Shown here piece after piece: positions 28,356-37,783 of a stretch of 64,000 nt of DNA (its first letter is position 1; each line of letters begins with the position of its first letter). Position numbers and translations under genes: made by a program. Where the stretch lies: IMG/VR virus record IMGVR_UViG_3300017991_000008, positions 16,524 to 80,523 of that record; one strand, 5' to 3'. The notes under the pieces were generated by a model. That model was not told where the DNA came from and made no database searches. It saw nothing but the letters and a program-made list of their open reading frames with translations. Origin of the DNA: a virus.

Positions 28356-29378
28356 ATGTCTCTTCCAGCAAAAGTAAAAACTTGGAACTTCTCGGTCAAT
28401 CATGACGTCAGCGAAGCGACTTTGGCCGATACCTGTAAACACGGCATCTTTCAAATGAAGGAAGCGTTGATCTCCTTTGCACAGTGGGCTGGCGTCGCCT
28501 CTTCTAATTCAAGTTCGGTGAAAAACATTGGGGACGGAGGAGACGTGGATTTGTGGGATGCATGGGCCACGGATATCGTCAACGGTGCCGGGGCTCATTC
28601 CTGGGTAGTTCTCGAGAATAGTGTTACAGGCGCACAACTCTGTTTCGACATGCTGAGTGCCAGCGTGAATTACATCGACATTGTGTATTCAGCCACGGGT
28701 GCTTTTAATGCCGATGGAACCACGTCAGCAAGGCCCACTGATTCGGAATCGATTTACATTCATGACACCAAGCTTTGGGCCCCCTCGGCCATGGATGGCA
28801 TGGTTGTGAATGCAATGTGCTCCAATGATGGTAAAATAACGAGATGCTATTTCCATGAAACTGACGGGGCTTCAAGGGGAGGTTTATTTTTTGGATTAGA
28901 AGAGATGGCAGGCGTGCCAAGTCAGTGGAACAGTTCCATTCCCCAAGCTGTTCTGAGGGAAGATGTGAATGTAAGCGTTGCCACAAGTCCCACAGGTCAA
29001 ACTCCAAAGGTTACCTCTTTCGATAACACAACAGAGCAGAACTACATGTACCTCGAGGACGATACTCCATATGAGGGTTGGAACCTGGCGTATCTAACGA
29101 CCGAGTGCTATCATCAGTGGTCTGGAGATCAAGGTAATCCGCTTTATGAAGTGAACTCCGATATGGATTGGAACGACGGGTTCCCAATTACTGCCATGGG
29201 ATTGTTCAGGGTCACATCACCCAGACAAGGCGGCATGGGTGCGTTCCAAGATATTTATTTAGCACCCGAAGCACATCAGTCTTTAACCAGTTACCCAGAT
29301 GACGCGAGTTATCAGTGGGTGAAATGGGGTTGTTTCTTTGTTCCGTGGAATGGAACGGCACCTGTGGAGGCACCGTAA
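28356..29378 (+). CDS. Hypothetical tail fibre-associated protein
   Basis: 340 aa beta-rich ORF in tail block. Confidence 0.55.
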   Translation: MSLPAKVKTWNFSVNHDVSEATLADTCKHGIFQMKEALISFAQWAGVASSNSSSVKNIGDGGDVDLWDAWATDIVNGAGAHSWVVLENSVTGAQLCFDMLSASVNYIDIVYSATGAFNADGTTSARPTDSESIYIHDTKLWAPSAMDGMVVNAMCSNDGKITRCYFHETDGASRGGLFFGLEEMAGVPSQWNSSIPQAVLREDVNVSVATSPTGQTPKVTSFDNTTEQNYMYLEDDTPYEGWNLAYLTTECYHQWSGDQGNPLYEVNSDMDWNDGFPITAMGLFRVTSPRQGGMGAFQDIYLAPEAHQSLTSYPDDASYQWVKWGCFFVPWNGTAPVEAP

Positions 29379-29554
29379 TGGCCGATAGCACAGCAGGCAA
29401 AGCCAGTAATTTAACAATGGGCCAGAGCAAGGGTGCAACGAAAGATCCTTTGCCCTCCAGAACATCTGGTTTAAACAAGGGGCTTGCAGGACCCAGGGGA
29501 GAAGGTGGAGAGATAATCAGGGATTTTCCGTTGCTAAGTAGAGACGCACCATAG
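29378..29554 (+). CDS. Small hypothetical protein (58 aa)
   Basis: TAATG coupling and GGAGG upstream. Confidence 0.45.
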   Translation: MADSTAGKASNLTMGQSKGATKDPLPSRTSGLNKGLAGPRGEGGEIIRDFPLLSRDAP

Positions 29555-29566
29555 TAGGAATGATGA

Positions 29567-31696
29567 ATGACTAGCGTTCTAGTACCATATGCCCAGCTTG
29601 ACTCCATTTTGGAGGAGTTCACCGATGCCACTTTGTGGCTAGTGGTGATGAATCCGGGTATCGATGAAGAGAACGTCGAGAAGGACGAAAGCTTGGTCCT
29701 TCGTGCTGTTCTTCCCAAAGAGGATCCGGCCACTGCCGATCTGTCAACACTCTCGATTCTGATACAGATAAACCGCGGTTCTGGTTGGGAAACCATCTAC
29801 GAAGATGGAACTTTTGCCGCTCCATGGGATGTGTCTAGCACCGTGACCGACAGCGGGGGGGGGTCTTTGTATACCTACCGTGAGGTTGCTTGCATACCCG
29901 GTGAAGATGTTTTTCCAGACAGCTCCACTGTCCAAGTTCGAATAGCAGCGACCAGGGAGCTTCCGACAGAGGGCTGGGCAGAGTTTTCATGGGGGACCGG
30001 TGGGTGGGGAACTGGTAACCTGGGAGGCGTAGCAGAAGCATCCGAATCGTTCTCTTTTACCATTTTGGACGAGACGGCACCGCAGGCGCTCTTAGTAGAA
30101 GCCATAGGGCGCCAAACTATCCGGGTGACCTATTCTGAGTCCATGGCTCCATTAACGGAAGACGGTGAAGCCAGTGTGGTTTCAACGGTACCTGCTGCTT
30201 CATGGCCAGCCTCGAGTTCGTTACCCTGGGAATTTCAGGTGGTGGTCAACGGAGTTCAGCAGACAGTGTCCATTGACGACACCATGGTTTCCGGTACCGA
30301 CGTGCTCCCCGAAGAGGTGTCATTTTCCCTATCTGCCTTGCTAGAAGGAGTAACAGCCGAGGATGACGGGAGCCTGGTGACTTTGTCTACGTCCCTGAGC
30401 GGGGACAATGCCACCCTGCAGGTGGTCGGAGGAAATGGTGCTACCATACTCGGCTTCCCCGATTTGGAGGCTGTGGGGGCGTACAAAGGGGTTCTGGACG
30501 CAGCCAACTATAGTGTCACCCGTCATAACGTCTACCCCAATCCGGCTGTAAATTTAGAAATAGAATCGGCAGCATTCGAAGAAGATTCGACCTCGGTAGT
30601 TGAATTGACTACCCAATGGCCTATGACTCATAATGCGCCGTATAAACTTCGCATAGATGGAGATATTACCGACACATCCGGGAACGTGATAGATTCAACC
30701 ACCCTGGTTCATGATTTTATTGGATTCAAACCGGACTGGCCGGATAGGCGCGACACCGAGATAACACTTCCGCAGGTTATATGGGATCACGACGAAGATC
30801 AGGTCATGAGAGCAATCGTCAACATCTGGCAGGAATACTTGGACCAGACAGTAGACGACTATGATGAACTCTGGAATTACTTTTCTGCTGATGACATACC
30901 GGCAGAGCTCTTGGAGTTGGCCCTGGCGGATATGGGCAACCCGTTTGACTGGGCGGAGTTGGATCTTGATGAATCTGAAAAAAGGAAACTGCTGGATCTG
31001 TTGCCGGAAATTTACGCTTCCAAGGGGCTCGGACCCGGTATAGAATCGGTCGTCTACTTGCTACTGACCGTACCTGTACAGGTGGAACCACATATTGAAA
31101 ACGGTTGGAGACTTGGATTGGACACACTGGGAGACAGTGATCCGGCCATGGTACGCTGTGCCAACCCGGGACCGTACGACTTGACGGGTGGGGGTTCGTT
31201 GACCGTCGAAGTAAATGAGGGGGATGAGCAGACCATAGTCTTAGACGAGGACGATTTTGACGATCCTTCCGTGGCTACCACGTTGGAGGTCGTAGCAATC
31301 ATCGACGCGCAATTGGATGGTGGCGGGGCGGAACCGTCGGATGATGGTTCGGGCCCTAAAATGATCATCTATTCTGAATACTACGGACCAGGGGGAGCAA
31401 TACAGGTAACAGGGGGCACCGCAAACACCGAGTTCGGATTCGATACCAGTTTACATTCGAGTTCAGGAGGTTGTCGGCTGGCCCCAGGGGATCCCAAATC
31501 CCTCCGAACATTTGATCTAGTTTATGGCGATGTGATACCGTCAGAAGAGCAGATCATATTGATTCGGAGGATCGCCAAATATATGAAAGCGGCAAGTGAA
31601 TTTGTCGGGACAATCAGACCCACGAAGGTCTACGAGGCAAGTGACCGCTGGAAACTGGGAGGCTCTACTCTCGGCGTAGACACTGTGATCGGCTAG
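29567..31696 (+). CDS. Baseplate wedge gpI-like protein with Ig-like and repeated-module insertions
   Basis: LELAL.D.GNPF...KRKLL.LLPEIYASKG..GIES.V.LL; W.LG...LG; KPA-like MKAA end. Confidence 0.75.
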   Translation: MTSVLVPYAQLDSILEEFTDATLWLVVMNPGIDEENVEKDESLVLRAVLPKEDPATADLSTLSILIQINRGSGWETIYEDGTFAAPWDVSSTVTDSGGGSLYTYREVACIPGEDVFPDSSTVQVRIAATRELPTEGWAEFSWGTGGWGTGNLGGVAEASESFSFTILDETAPQALLVEAIGRQTIRVTYSESMAPLTEDGEASVVSTVPAASWPASSSLPWEFQVVVNGVQQTVSIDDTMVSGTDVLPEEVSFSLSALLEGVTAEDDGSLVTLSTSLSGDNATLQVVGGNGATILGFPDLEAVGAYKGVLDAANYSVTRHNVYPNPAVNLEIESAAFEEDSTSVVELTTQWPMTHNAPYKLRIDGDITDTSGNVIDSTTLVHDFIGFKPDWPDRRDTEITLPQVIWDHDEDQVMRAIVNIWQEYLDQTVDDYDELWNYFSADDIPAELLELALADMGNPFDWAELDLDESEKRKLLDLLPEIYASKGLGPGIESVVYLLLTVPVQVEPHIENGWRLGLDTLGDSDPAMVRCANPGPYDLTGGGSLTVEVNEGDEQTIVLDEDDFDDPSVATTLEVVAIIDAQLDGGGAEPSDDGSGPKMIIYSEYYGPGGAIQVTGGTANTEFGFDTSLHSSSGGCRLAPGDPKSLRTFDLVYGDVIPSEEQIILIRRIAKYMKAASEFVGTIRPTKVYEASDRWKLGGSTLGVDTVIG

Positions 31697-31709
31697 GAGG
31701 CTATACAAA

Positions 31710-34259
31710 ATGCATATGCCAGATTTTTATTTCGAGCAGTTAGTCACAGAGGCTTTTTTGGACCTGGTCTTTGGCTGGGTTGAAGAAGCTGATCTGGCGA
31801 TTCGACAAGACATTCTCAATCCGTTAAACGGATCGGGGGATCCCAGGGGAGCCATCCACAGGGGTGGAGAAGTAACCCCCACAGCGGCACCGTCCATGGC
31901 TGTTAAGGCTGCTGCGATCTATGCCACAGATCCAGATGGCAGGCGGGTGTATTGGGGATCGGAACAAAATGTGGATTGTTCGGTAGACTACCTCGGGGTG
32001 ACTACGGATGTTTCCACAGGTGGGAACGAAAAATATCTAGGCATATTTGCCGAGTTTGATCGAGAACTCACCGAGCAAAAGATAGATGGCAATGGTGTAC
32101 CGGTATGGACACAACAGCTAGAGTCCTTTGACATTAAGGTGTACCAGGGAACCGAAGCCACCATTGGCTCCGCATTGCCACCCACGACACCCACCGGCAT
32201 GATTCGGTTGGCCAATGTCCGTCTGGTGTACAATCAGACACAGATATTGACAGCGGACATTGAATACGACACGGCTAGCTACCTCCGTGAAGACTGGGTA
32301 CGCATGACCGGGGCCGAGCTTGGTGATTTTGTACACGGTATTCCATCGGAAGCTATTGAGGAATTGTTCGTCTGGTTGGATGACGTGGCTGCCGGTAACG
32401 CCACATTCACATCAACGTCCAATTGGCATGACGGATCTTCAATTGCGTCTACAGTGGTGGCTGGCGCCATAAATGAAATAGTATCCGATCTTGCAGCAAC
32501 AGCAGGTGCGGACAGGGTAGGGGCTGCTGCTCATACTACGTCCGGGGGATATGCCGATCTAGCCGCTGGATCTGTACAAGACCAGCATAACTCTTTAGCC
32601 GATGATATTGACGGTCATATTGCTGGAGGGGCTCCAAATCACCCGGCAACTGCTATTACGACCGCGGCAGATACGACGGTGTTGATGTATTTCGACGACG
32701 TCTCATTTCAAGCTGTGGGAACAACCCTAACCAACGAGGACGACGGCCAGTGTGTTGTTGCGGAGTATCTAAGCGACAACCATATCCGGGTCAGGGATGT
32801 TACTGGCACATGGACACCGGGGGCTGGTGTAGATGTGGGTGGTTCCTATGTAGCCGCCGAATTCTACTATAATGGTCAAGAAGGGGATCCGGAAAACCTG
32901 GCAACCAGTGAGGTTCAAACTGAACTCGAAAAGGCTTTTGTTGCGATAAACGCCCGTGCCAAGGTGGATCAACGTGAGAGAATAACAGAGAGGTGGAACT
33001 TTGATGCTCCACTAACTGTGAACGGTCCAATGCACGTAACAAGTCTGCTTGGAGGTACATACCCTAACCTGCCGCTTGAGGACTTGATTGTAAAGAAGGG
33101 TTCCGATTCTGTGATCCAGTCGTTAGCCTACGAGTTCCAGGAGACAGTCGGGGCCACAAATGTCAACGACATGTGCAAAGGTATCGTCTACAACCTGGGC
33201 GGCCAGAAGAACCAGCGTCCCTGTATCTATGTTTCGGGTTACGATGATAACTCAATTCAGCAGTTGTGGATTGAGGACGACGACGAAGACATAAATGAGC
33301 AAACCGTTCCTATAGTTGTGGACGCGGTGGGAACACCGTTACCATCCGGTGACAACGTCGCTGCTCTTGCTTGTAATGGTGAAAAGTTGTTCATTCTTGT
33401 AGACGACGATGGCGCTGGAACCGATGCTTATCTGGTCTGTCTCAATATGAAACGCCGCGGTGAGTGGGAATGGACCTACGATCTGACCGGGTTTGACTGT
33501 GGCTCGGCACCATACAAAAGGTCTAATATGCAGGCAGACGCAAACTACGTCTGGATGTGTTTTGGTGGTGAGGCCGCGGATGGTACACCTCTGGCCAGGT
33601 TGAATGTAGATGGGACAAACATCCAGAGCGGTTCGGGAGACTGGAGCACTGCCGGTTATACGCCTTGCGGTGGATTCAGCGTCACGGAAAGCCGTATATG
33701 GTTCACGGTTGATCAATTATTAGGGAATAACTGCTATCTGGTCGCAGCAACGTTGACCTGTGGAGCTCCCGGCGTTGGAACCACACTCTTAAACGGGGCC
33801 GGGTTGAAATGTCGTAGTATAGCAACACCTGGTCGATTTGTGGTGTGTCCATTGGATACAGGAACAGCAACACCTGATGCCAATGTGTATGTCCGGGACA
33901 CCGTCGGTGACATAGATGGGTTACAACTAACACTTCAAAATCTTCGAGAAGGGGAAGTACCAGTTAGGGTGACATTTGATGGTCACTATCTGTGGTTTAA
34001 GTGTGTGGGGTATTACACCGGCAACGCCGATTCTGGTCCCTCTAAGCAGTGTTTAATTCCTGTACATTTGAGCCAAATTCAAGGAGCATCACAGGATATA
34101 TTTGAACCCAGATTCTTCGTGGAGGCTCCAACCACTACCGGCAATTCGACTAATACAGGTTTGGTTCTTGCCTGGGGGCCTGGTATTTGGATGACGCCCA
34201 GTATCGGAGACCAGCAAGTTGTGTCGGTTCAGATGGGAACTGGGTTGATCATAAATTAG
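31710..34259 (+). CDS. Tail fibre / receptor-binding protein
   Basis: 849 aa after gpI; N-terminal anchor, C-terminal beta-propeller-like region. Confidence 0.7.
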   Translation: MHMPDFYFEQLVTEAFLDLVFGWVEEADLAIRQDILNPLNGSGDPRGAIHRGGEVTPTAAPSMAVKAAAIYATDPDGRRVYWGSEQNVDCSVDYLGVTTDVSTGGNEKYLGIFAEFDRELTEQKIDGNGVPVWTQQLESFDIKVYQGTEATIGSALPPTTPTGMIRLANVRLVYNQTQILTADIEYDTASYLREDWVRMTGAELGDFVHGIPSEAIEELFVWLDDVAAGNATFTSTSNWHDGSSIASTVVAGAINEIVSDLAATAGADRVGAAAHTTSGGYADLAAGSVQDQHNSLADDIDGHIAGGAPNHPATAITTAADTTVLMYFDDVSFQAVGTTLTNEDDGQCVVAEYLSDNHIRVRDVTGTWTPGAGVDVGGSYVAAEFYYNGQEGDPENLATSEVQTELEKAFVAINARAKVDQRERITERWNFDAPLTVNGPMHVTSLLGGTYPNLPLEDLIVKKGSDSVIQSLAYEFQETVGATNVNDMCKGIVYNLGGQKNQRPCIYVSGYDDNSIQQLWIEDDDEDINEQTVPIVVDAVGTPLPSGDNVAALACNGEKLFILVDDDGAGTDAYLVCLNMKRRGEWEWTYDLTGFDCGSAPYKRSNMQADANYVWMCFGGEAADGTPLARLNVDGTNIQSGSGDWSTAGYTPCGGFSVTESRIWFTVDQLLGNNCYLVAATLTCGAPGVGTTLLNGAGLKCRSIATPGRFVVCPLDTGTATPDANVYVRDTVGDIDGLQLTLQNLREGEVPVRVTFDGHYLWFKCVGYYTGNADSGPSKQCLIPVHLSQIQGASQDIFEPRFFVEAPTTTGNSTNTGLVLAWGPGIWMTPSIGDQQVVSVQMGTGLIIN

Positions 34260-34289
34260 TTAGAATATGGGGGCAGGAAGGGTTTGGCA

Positions 34290-34829
34290 ATGGCCGATGA
34301 CAGGGGCTTTTATAGCATGACGAGAGACAGCAGCGAAGAAAAGGTAACCCTTGCCACTCTGGGAACGAAGATGGACACCATGGCCGCAACCCTTGTTTCT
34401 GTAGACAAAAATGTCCGGGATCTAAGTATTGCGCAAGCAAAGACAGAGCAATCGGTGAAATCATCTTGGCATGATATTAACACCTTGAAGAAAACAATAT
34501 CTGAGATCCCCGAAACCTTTAATAAGGGTATAAAAGAGCATGCGGAGGAATGTATAGCCAGGGAACGTGCTCGCAATAAGGCAATAACCTCTGATTCGGA
34601 CACAAAAATTGTACGACCAGATGATTCTCAAATAGTACCTTTGCTAGCCAGAGAACCTCTATCACAAAGTAATTTCAATATTTCAAAGGGGCTTTTGAAG
34701 TGGATGATAATTGGATTTATTATTCTTGGGGCTGGATTCGTTGGAGCCGGCATAGTAATAGGAGCCACCGTTCAAAATGCACCACAAAATGCCGGTGAGA
34801 TTTTAAAACCCATAATTCAAAGAAAATAA
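34290..34829 (+). CDS. Coiled-coil membrane protein (holin-like, end of tail module)
   Basis: N-terminal coiled coil, one C-terminal TM (WMIIGFIILGAGFVGAGIVIG). Confidence 0.55.
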   Translation: MADDRGFYSMTRDSSEEKVTLATLGTKMDTMAATLVSVDKNVRDLSIAQAKTEQSVKSSWHDINTLKKTISEIPETFNKGIKEHAEECIARERARNKAITSDSDTKIVRPDDSQIVPLLAREPLSQSNFNISKGLLKWMIIGFIILGAGFVGAGIVIGATVQNAPQNAGEILKPIIQRK

Positions 34830-34839
34830 AAAAAGTGTG

Positions 34840-34876
34840 TTTTGCGTATTGATTCTTCGCAAAAAATGTGTAAAAT
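34840..34876 (+). promoter_or_regulatory. Sigma70-like promoter overlapped by inverted repeat TTTTGCG-N11-CGCAAAA
   Basis: TTGATT(34849)-16 nt-TAAAAT(34871) in AT-rich intergenic gap. Confidence 0.5.
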
Positions 34877-34952
34877 ATAAATAAGCTGGTTGTTTTGGGT
34901 TGACGGTTGTCAGCCACGTGCCGTGTGAGTATCAGTCCGGGGAGGTAACTGT

Positions 34953-35450
34953 ATGGAGATTAGGACAATAGATGTAGCAAAAAAAGTGGACCAGATAAGG
35001 GTGGACAAGGCAATGGCTGTGAGCGAGTTTTCTCGATCTCTTGGTGTTCACGAAAACACCATGAGATACTTTCTGAGCAAGAACAACCCCAGGTTGTCCA
35101 ACGTCTGCGACATAGCAGAAAAACTAGGTGTTTCTGTTGCCTACCTAATATCGGAAGATTCAAAGGATCGTGCGTTGTATCTGGTTTATGACGAGAACGG
35201 TAAGCAGGTGAAACCAAATGTCACAGCCAGAGTACGCATGATTCTCAAGGAAAGGGATCAGTTTATCTCGGACGTAACTAACAGGATAGGCGTGGCAACA
35301 AGCTGGTGGTCACCGACGTTGAAACAGAACAACCCAACCATGAAAACGTTGGCAAGAATAGCGTATGCTCTACAGGTGGATCCGGTTGACCTGATTATAC
35401 CGGTCACACATGAAGAGTTCGGAAAAATAATGATACCAAAGGCGGGGTAG
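34953..35450 (+). CDS. Transcription regulator with two tandem XRE-type HTH domains
   Basis: Two NP...L..IA..L.V repeats; GGGGAGG SD. Confidence 0.8.
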   Translation: MEIRTIDVAKKVDQIRVDKAMAVSEFSRSLGVHENTMRYFLSKNNPRLSNVCDIAEKLGVSVAYLISEDSKDRALYLVYDENGKQVKPNVTARVRMILKERDQFISDVTNRIGVATSWWSPTLKQNNPTMKTLARIAYALQVDPVDLIIPVTHEEFGKIMIPKAG

Positions 35451-35474
35451 CAGAAGGGGAGAGAGCAGAAGACA

Positions 35475-35612
35475 TTGTCAAACAAAAAAAGAAAGACATT
35501 AACCCCTGAACAGGAAGAGAAGGTGAATAAAGCCTTTGAGGTTTTTTACGACACCACCTTAACCAAAAAAGAAAAACGGAAAAGGTTGAGGGCTCTACGA
35601 ATCAGAGGGTAA
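35475..35612 (+). CDS. Small basic protein (45 aa, not in ORF track)
   Basis: TTG start after GGGGAGAG; MSNKKRKTLTPEQEEKVNKAFEVFYDTTLTKKEKRKRLRALRIRG fills the gap exactly. Confidence 0.45.
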   Translation: MSNKKRKTLTPEQEEKVNKAFEVFYDTTLTKKEKRKRLRALRIRG

Positions 35613-35624
35613 CCGGAGAAACAC

Positions 35625-36623
35625 ATGTCCACAGAATTATTTCGACAGGAACGTGCGGGACAGATCCGTGCTTCAGAGTGTTGCGTGTTAATGGGGTGCG
35701 AGGGGTACGATGGCAAGATCGCCTTTGACCTATTTTTGGAGTTGAAAAAGGGGGTAGGGTTTGAACCTGTTTCCAGTTATGATTCCGACAGTGACGAGCA
35801 CGTTGAGTACGAATCCGATGACATACGCCGTGGCAATCTATACGAGCCCTTTGCTCTGCGTTTTGCATCCGAGGATCTAGAGATAGGAATCGATTTTGCC
35901 AAAGACAAGGACGACGGCATTAGACGGTTCTCTCGCCGGCATCCCAAGCATAAATTCATGGGAGCAATGCCGGACGGGGTATTTGAAGACGGATGGATAG
36001 CCGAGGCAAAGTGTCCCAGACCCCATGTTCTAAGGAAGCAATTAGAGGAAGGTCCCTACGAAAAGTTCATCTGGCAGATGACCATGCAACTGGCGTGTTA
36101 TCCCGAAGCACCTGGGGCTAGGTTTATTCTGTATGATTGTGTGGAATGTCGTTCGTACGTGTACCAGTTTCCCAGGGAGGCCATGAAGATAGAGGCTCTT
36201 GAGAAGCGTTGTGTGGATTTTTGGACACGCCATATAGAAGGGGACGAGCCCTTTTCTCAGGACGATTGGGACAAGCCGGTACCAGTGCCACCGGTTAACC
36301 CTTTAAAGCAAGCAGATTACACTGTCGTGGCAGGGAGGGCATGGTCTGAAACCGTTCGGAGGTTTGTGAAGTCTAAAAATACGATCAAGGCTGCGGAGAT
36401 AGATCTCGACGCGGCAAAGACAATGATAGCAGACAGTGCACAGGCTGTCGGGCTCGAGAAGATCAAGGTGGACGGGCATAGGTTCCTGGTTCGATACGCA
36501 ACTAGAAGGTCTCTGGACAAAAGGTCTGTGAAGGCTGATTATCCAGATTTGGATTTTGACAAATATATGCGGGACGGGAAACCGTTCCTGGAAGTGAGAC
36601 ACTACCCACCGGGTAGAAGCTAA
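35625..36623 (+). CDS. yqaJ: YqaJ/lambda-exonuclease-like recombination nuclease
   Basis: R...I.ASE, RG...EP, HP...FMGA.PDG, EAKCP, Q...Q. Confidence 0.85.
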   Translation: MSTELFRQERAGQIRASECCVLMGCEGYDGKIAFDLFLELKKGVGFEPVSSYDSDSDEHVEYESDDIRRGNLYEPFALRFASEDLEIGIDFAKDKDDGIRRFSRRHPKHKFMGAMPDGVFEDGWIAEAKCPRPHVLRKQLEEGPYEKFIWQMTMQLACYPEAPGARFILYDCVECRSYVYQFPREAMKIEALEKRCVDFWTRHIEGDEPFSQDDWDKPVPVPPVNPLKQADYTVVAGRAWSETVRRFVKSKNTIKAAEIDLDAAKTMIADSAQAVGLEKIKVDGHRFLVRYATRRSLDKRSVKADYPDLDFDKYMRDGKPFLEVRHYPPGRS

Positions 36624-36633
36624 AGGAGAAGAC

Positions 36634-37614
36634 ATGAACGATTCACACAGTGGAGGGATCCAGGTATTCAGCACAACCAAGTCTATTTTAAAGAAGTACG
36701 AGAACAGTATGAAGTCAGTACTTCCGGCCAGTATCGATATTGACAGGATCAAGGGTATTGTGTTTGAGGCTGTGAGAAACAAGCCCAAAGACATGGCCAA
36801 GATCTTTACAACGTCCACCGGTCAGGCTTCTTTCATTACGGCAGTGATCAGGTCGGCCAAGGTGGGGCTGGCACCAGACGGCCAGGTGGCGGCCATTGTC
36901 CCTCGCAGGGTAAAGAACGTCTGGATGGCCAACTTCGAACCCATGTGGAGAGGGCTAGCTGTGCTTGCGTACAACTCGGGACAGGTGAAAGCAATCCGGG
37001 GGGACTACGTGTACACCGAGGACGAGTTTGAGTACGAGGACGGGCTTTATGTTAAGCTCAGGCACAAGAAAGCACCCAAGCCGGATCGGGGCAAGCTAAT
37101 GGCGGCCTGGGCAGTTGTGGAAACTATCCATGGGGGACTCATACCGAAGGTGGTTTACCAGTTCGACGTGGACAGGGCCAGACAGGGGGTTACCCACTCA
37201 ACCAACCCGAGAGCGGCAGAGAACCAATGGGACGCCGAGATGTGGCGCAAGACGGCATACAAGCAAGCACTAGCCACGGCTCCAATGTCAGACGAGCTCA
37301 GAACCGCAATAGTGTCCGATGACCAGGGGGTAGCAGCGGAACTATCTGGTGACGAGGGCATGATTATCGATATCGACCCAGTGATAGGAGACGACGAGGA
37401 TTTTGACGGAGCAGGGGAGATGTCAGACGCTGAATTGACCATGGCCATGTCTGCGGAAGCTGCCCAGAAACCCAAAGAAGAACCGGCGCCACATATACAG
37501 GAACCGATAACAAAACCCGAACCTGAGAATGAGCCTGAACCTGCTGGGTTACCTGGGATTCCCAAAAATACCAGTAATCAAAACACGGAGATATCGAAAA
37601 GCAGGGATTTTTAG
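36634..37614 (+). CDS. recT: RecT-family single-strand annealing protein
   Basis: LP......R, A.VGL.PDG..A.IVP, WRGL..LAY.SG, W.EMWRKT. Confidence 0.9.
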   Translation: MNDSHSGGIQVFSTTKSILKKYENSMKSVLPASIDIDRIKGIVFEAVRNKPKDMAKIFTTSTGQASFITAVIRSAKVGLAPDGQVAAIVPRRVKNVWMANFEPMWRGLAVLAYNSGQVKAIRGDYVYTEDEFEYEDGLYVKLRHKKAPKPDRGKLMAAWAVVETIHGGLIPKVVYQFDVDRARQGVTHSTNPRAAENQWDAEMWRKTAYKQALATAPMSDELRTAIVSDDQGVAAELSGDEGMIIDIDPVIGDDEDFDGAGEMSDAELTMAMSAEAAQKPKEEPAPHIQEPITKPEPENEPEPAGLPGIPKNTSNQNTEISKSRDF

Positions 37615-37659
37615 GCTTGATGAAGTACAGGTGCTAGTCTAGTGTAGATTACACCGGGG

Positions 37660-37741
37660 GCACCTGTCCTTCATGGGCTGCTACAGACCGGGTCTTCTCC
37701 CCCGCGTGAAAAGTTTGTAGCGGTCTATCAAGGGCAGGTGT
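37660..37741 (+). ncRNA. Long G-U-rich hairpin in leader of initiator gene
   Basis: 37660-37688 pairs with 37713-37741 (about 28 bp, several G-U pairs, one C-C mismatch). Confidence 0.55.
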
Positions 37742-37783
37742 TAAGTGAGACGATGAAGACTACTCAACTAAAAGGAAACGCAG

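Noticed and set aside
11555-31696. Extracellular contractile injection system or tailocin
   Set aside because: Capsid, protease, scaffold, neck, replication genes and a tRNA are present, so this is a complete phage rather than a headless CIS.
31710-34259. Diversity-generating retroelement or invertible tail-fibre cassette
   Set aside because: No reverse transcriptase or invertase ORF in the window, and I saw no template/variable repeat pair or inverted crossover sites.
34830-35450. Lysogeny switch (cI/cro plus integrase)
   Set aside because: Only one same-strand HTH gene; no divergent repressor, integrase or att-like site recognised in this window. Lifestyle cannot be called.
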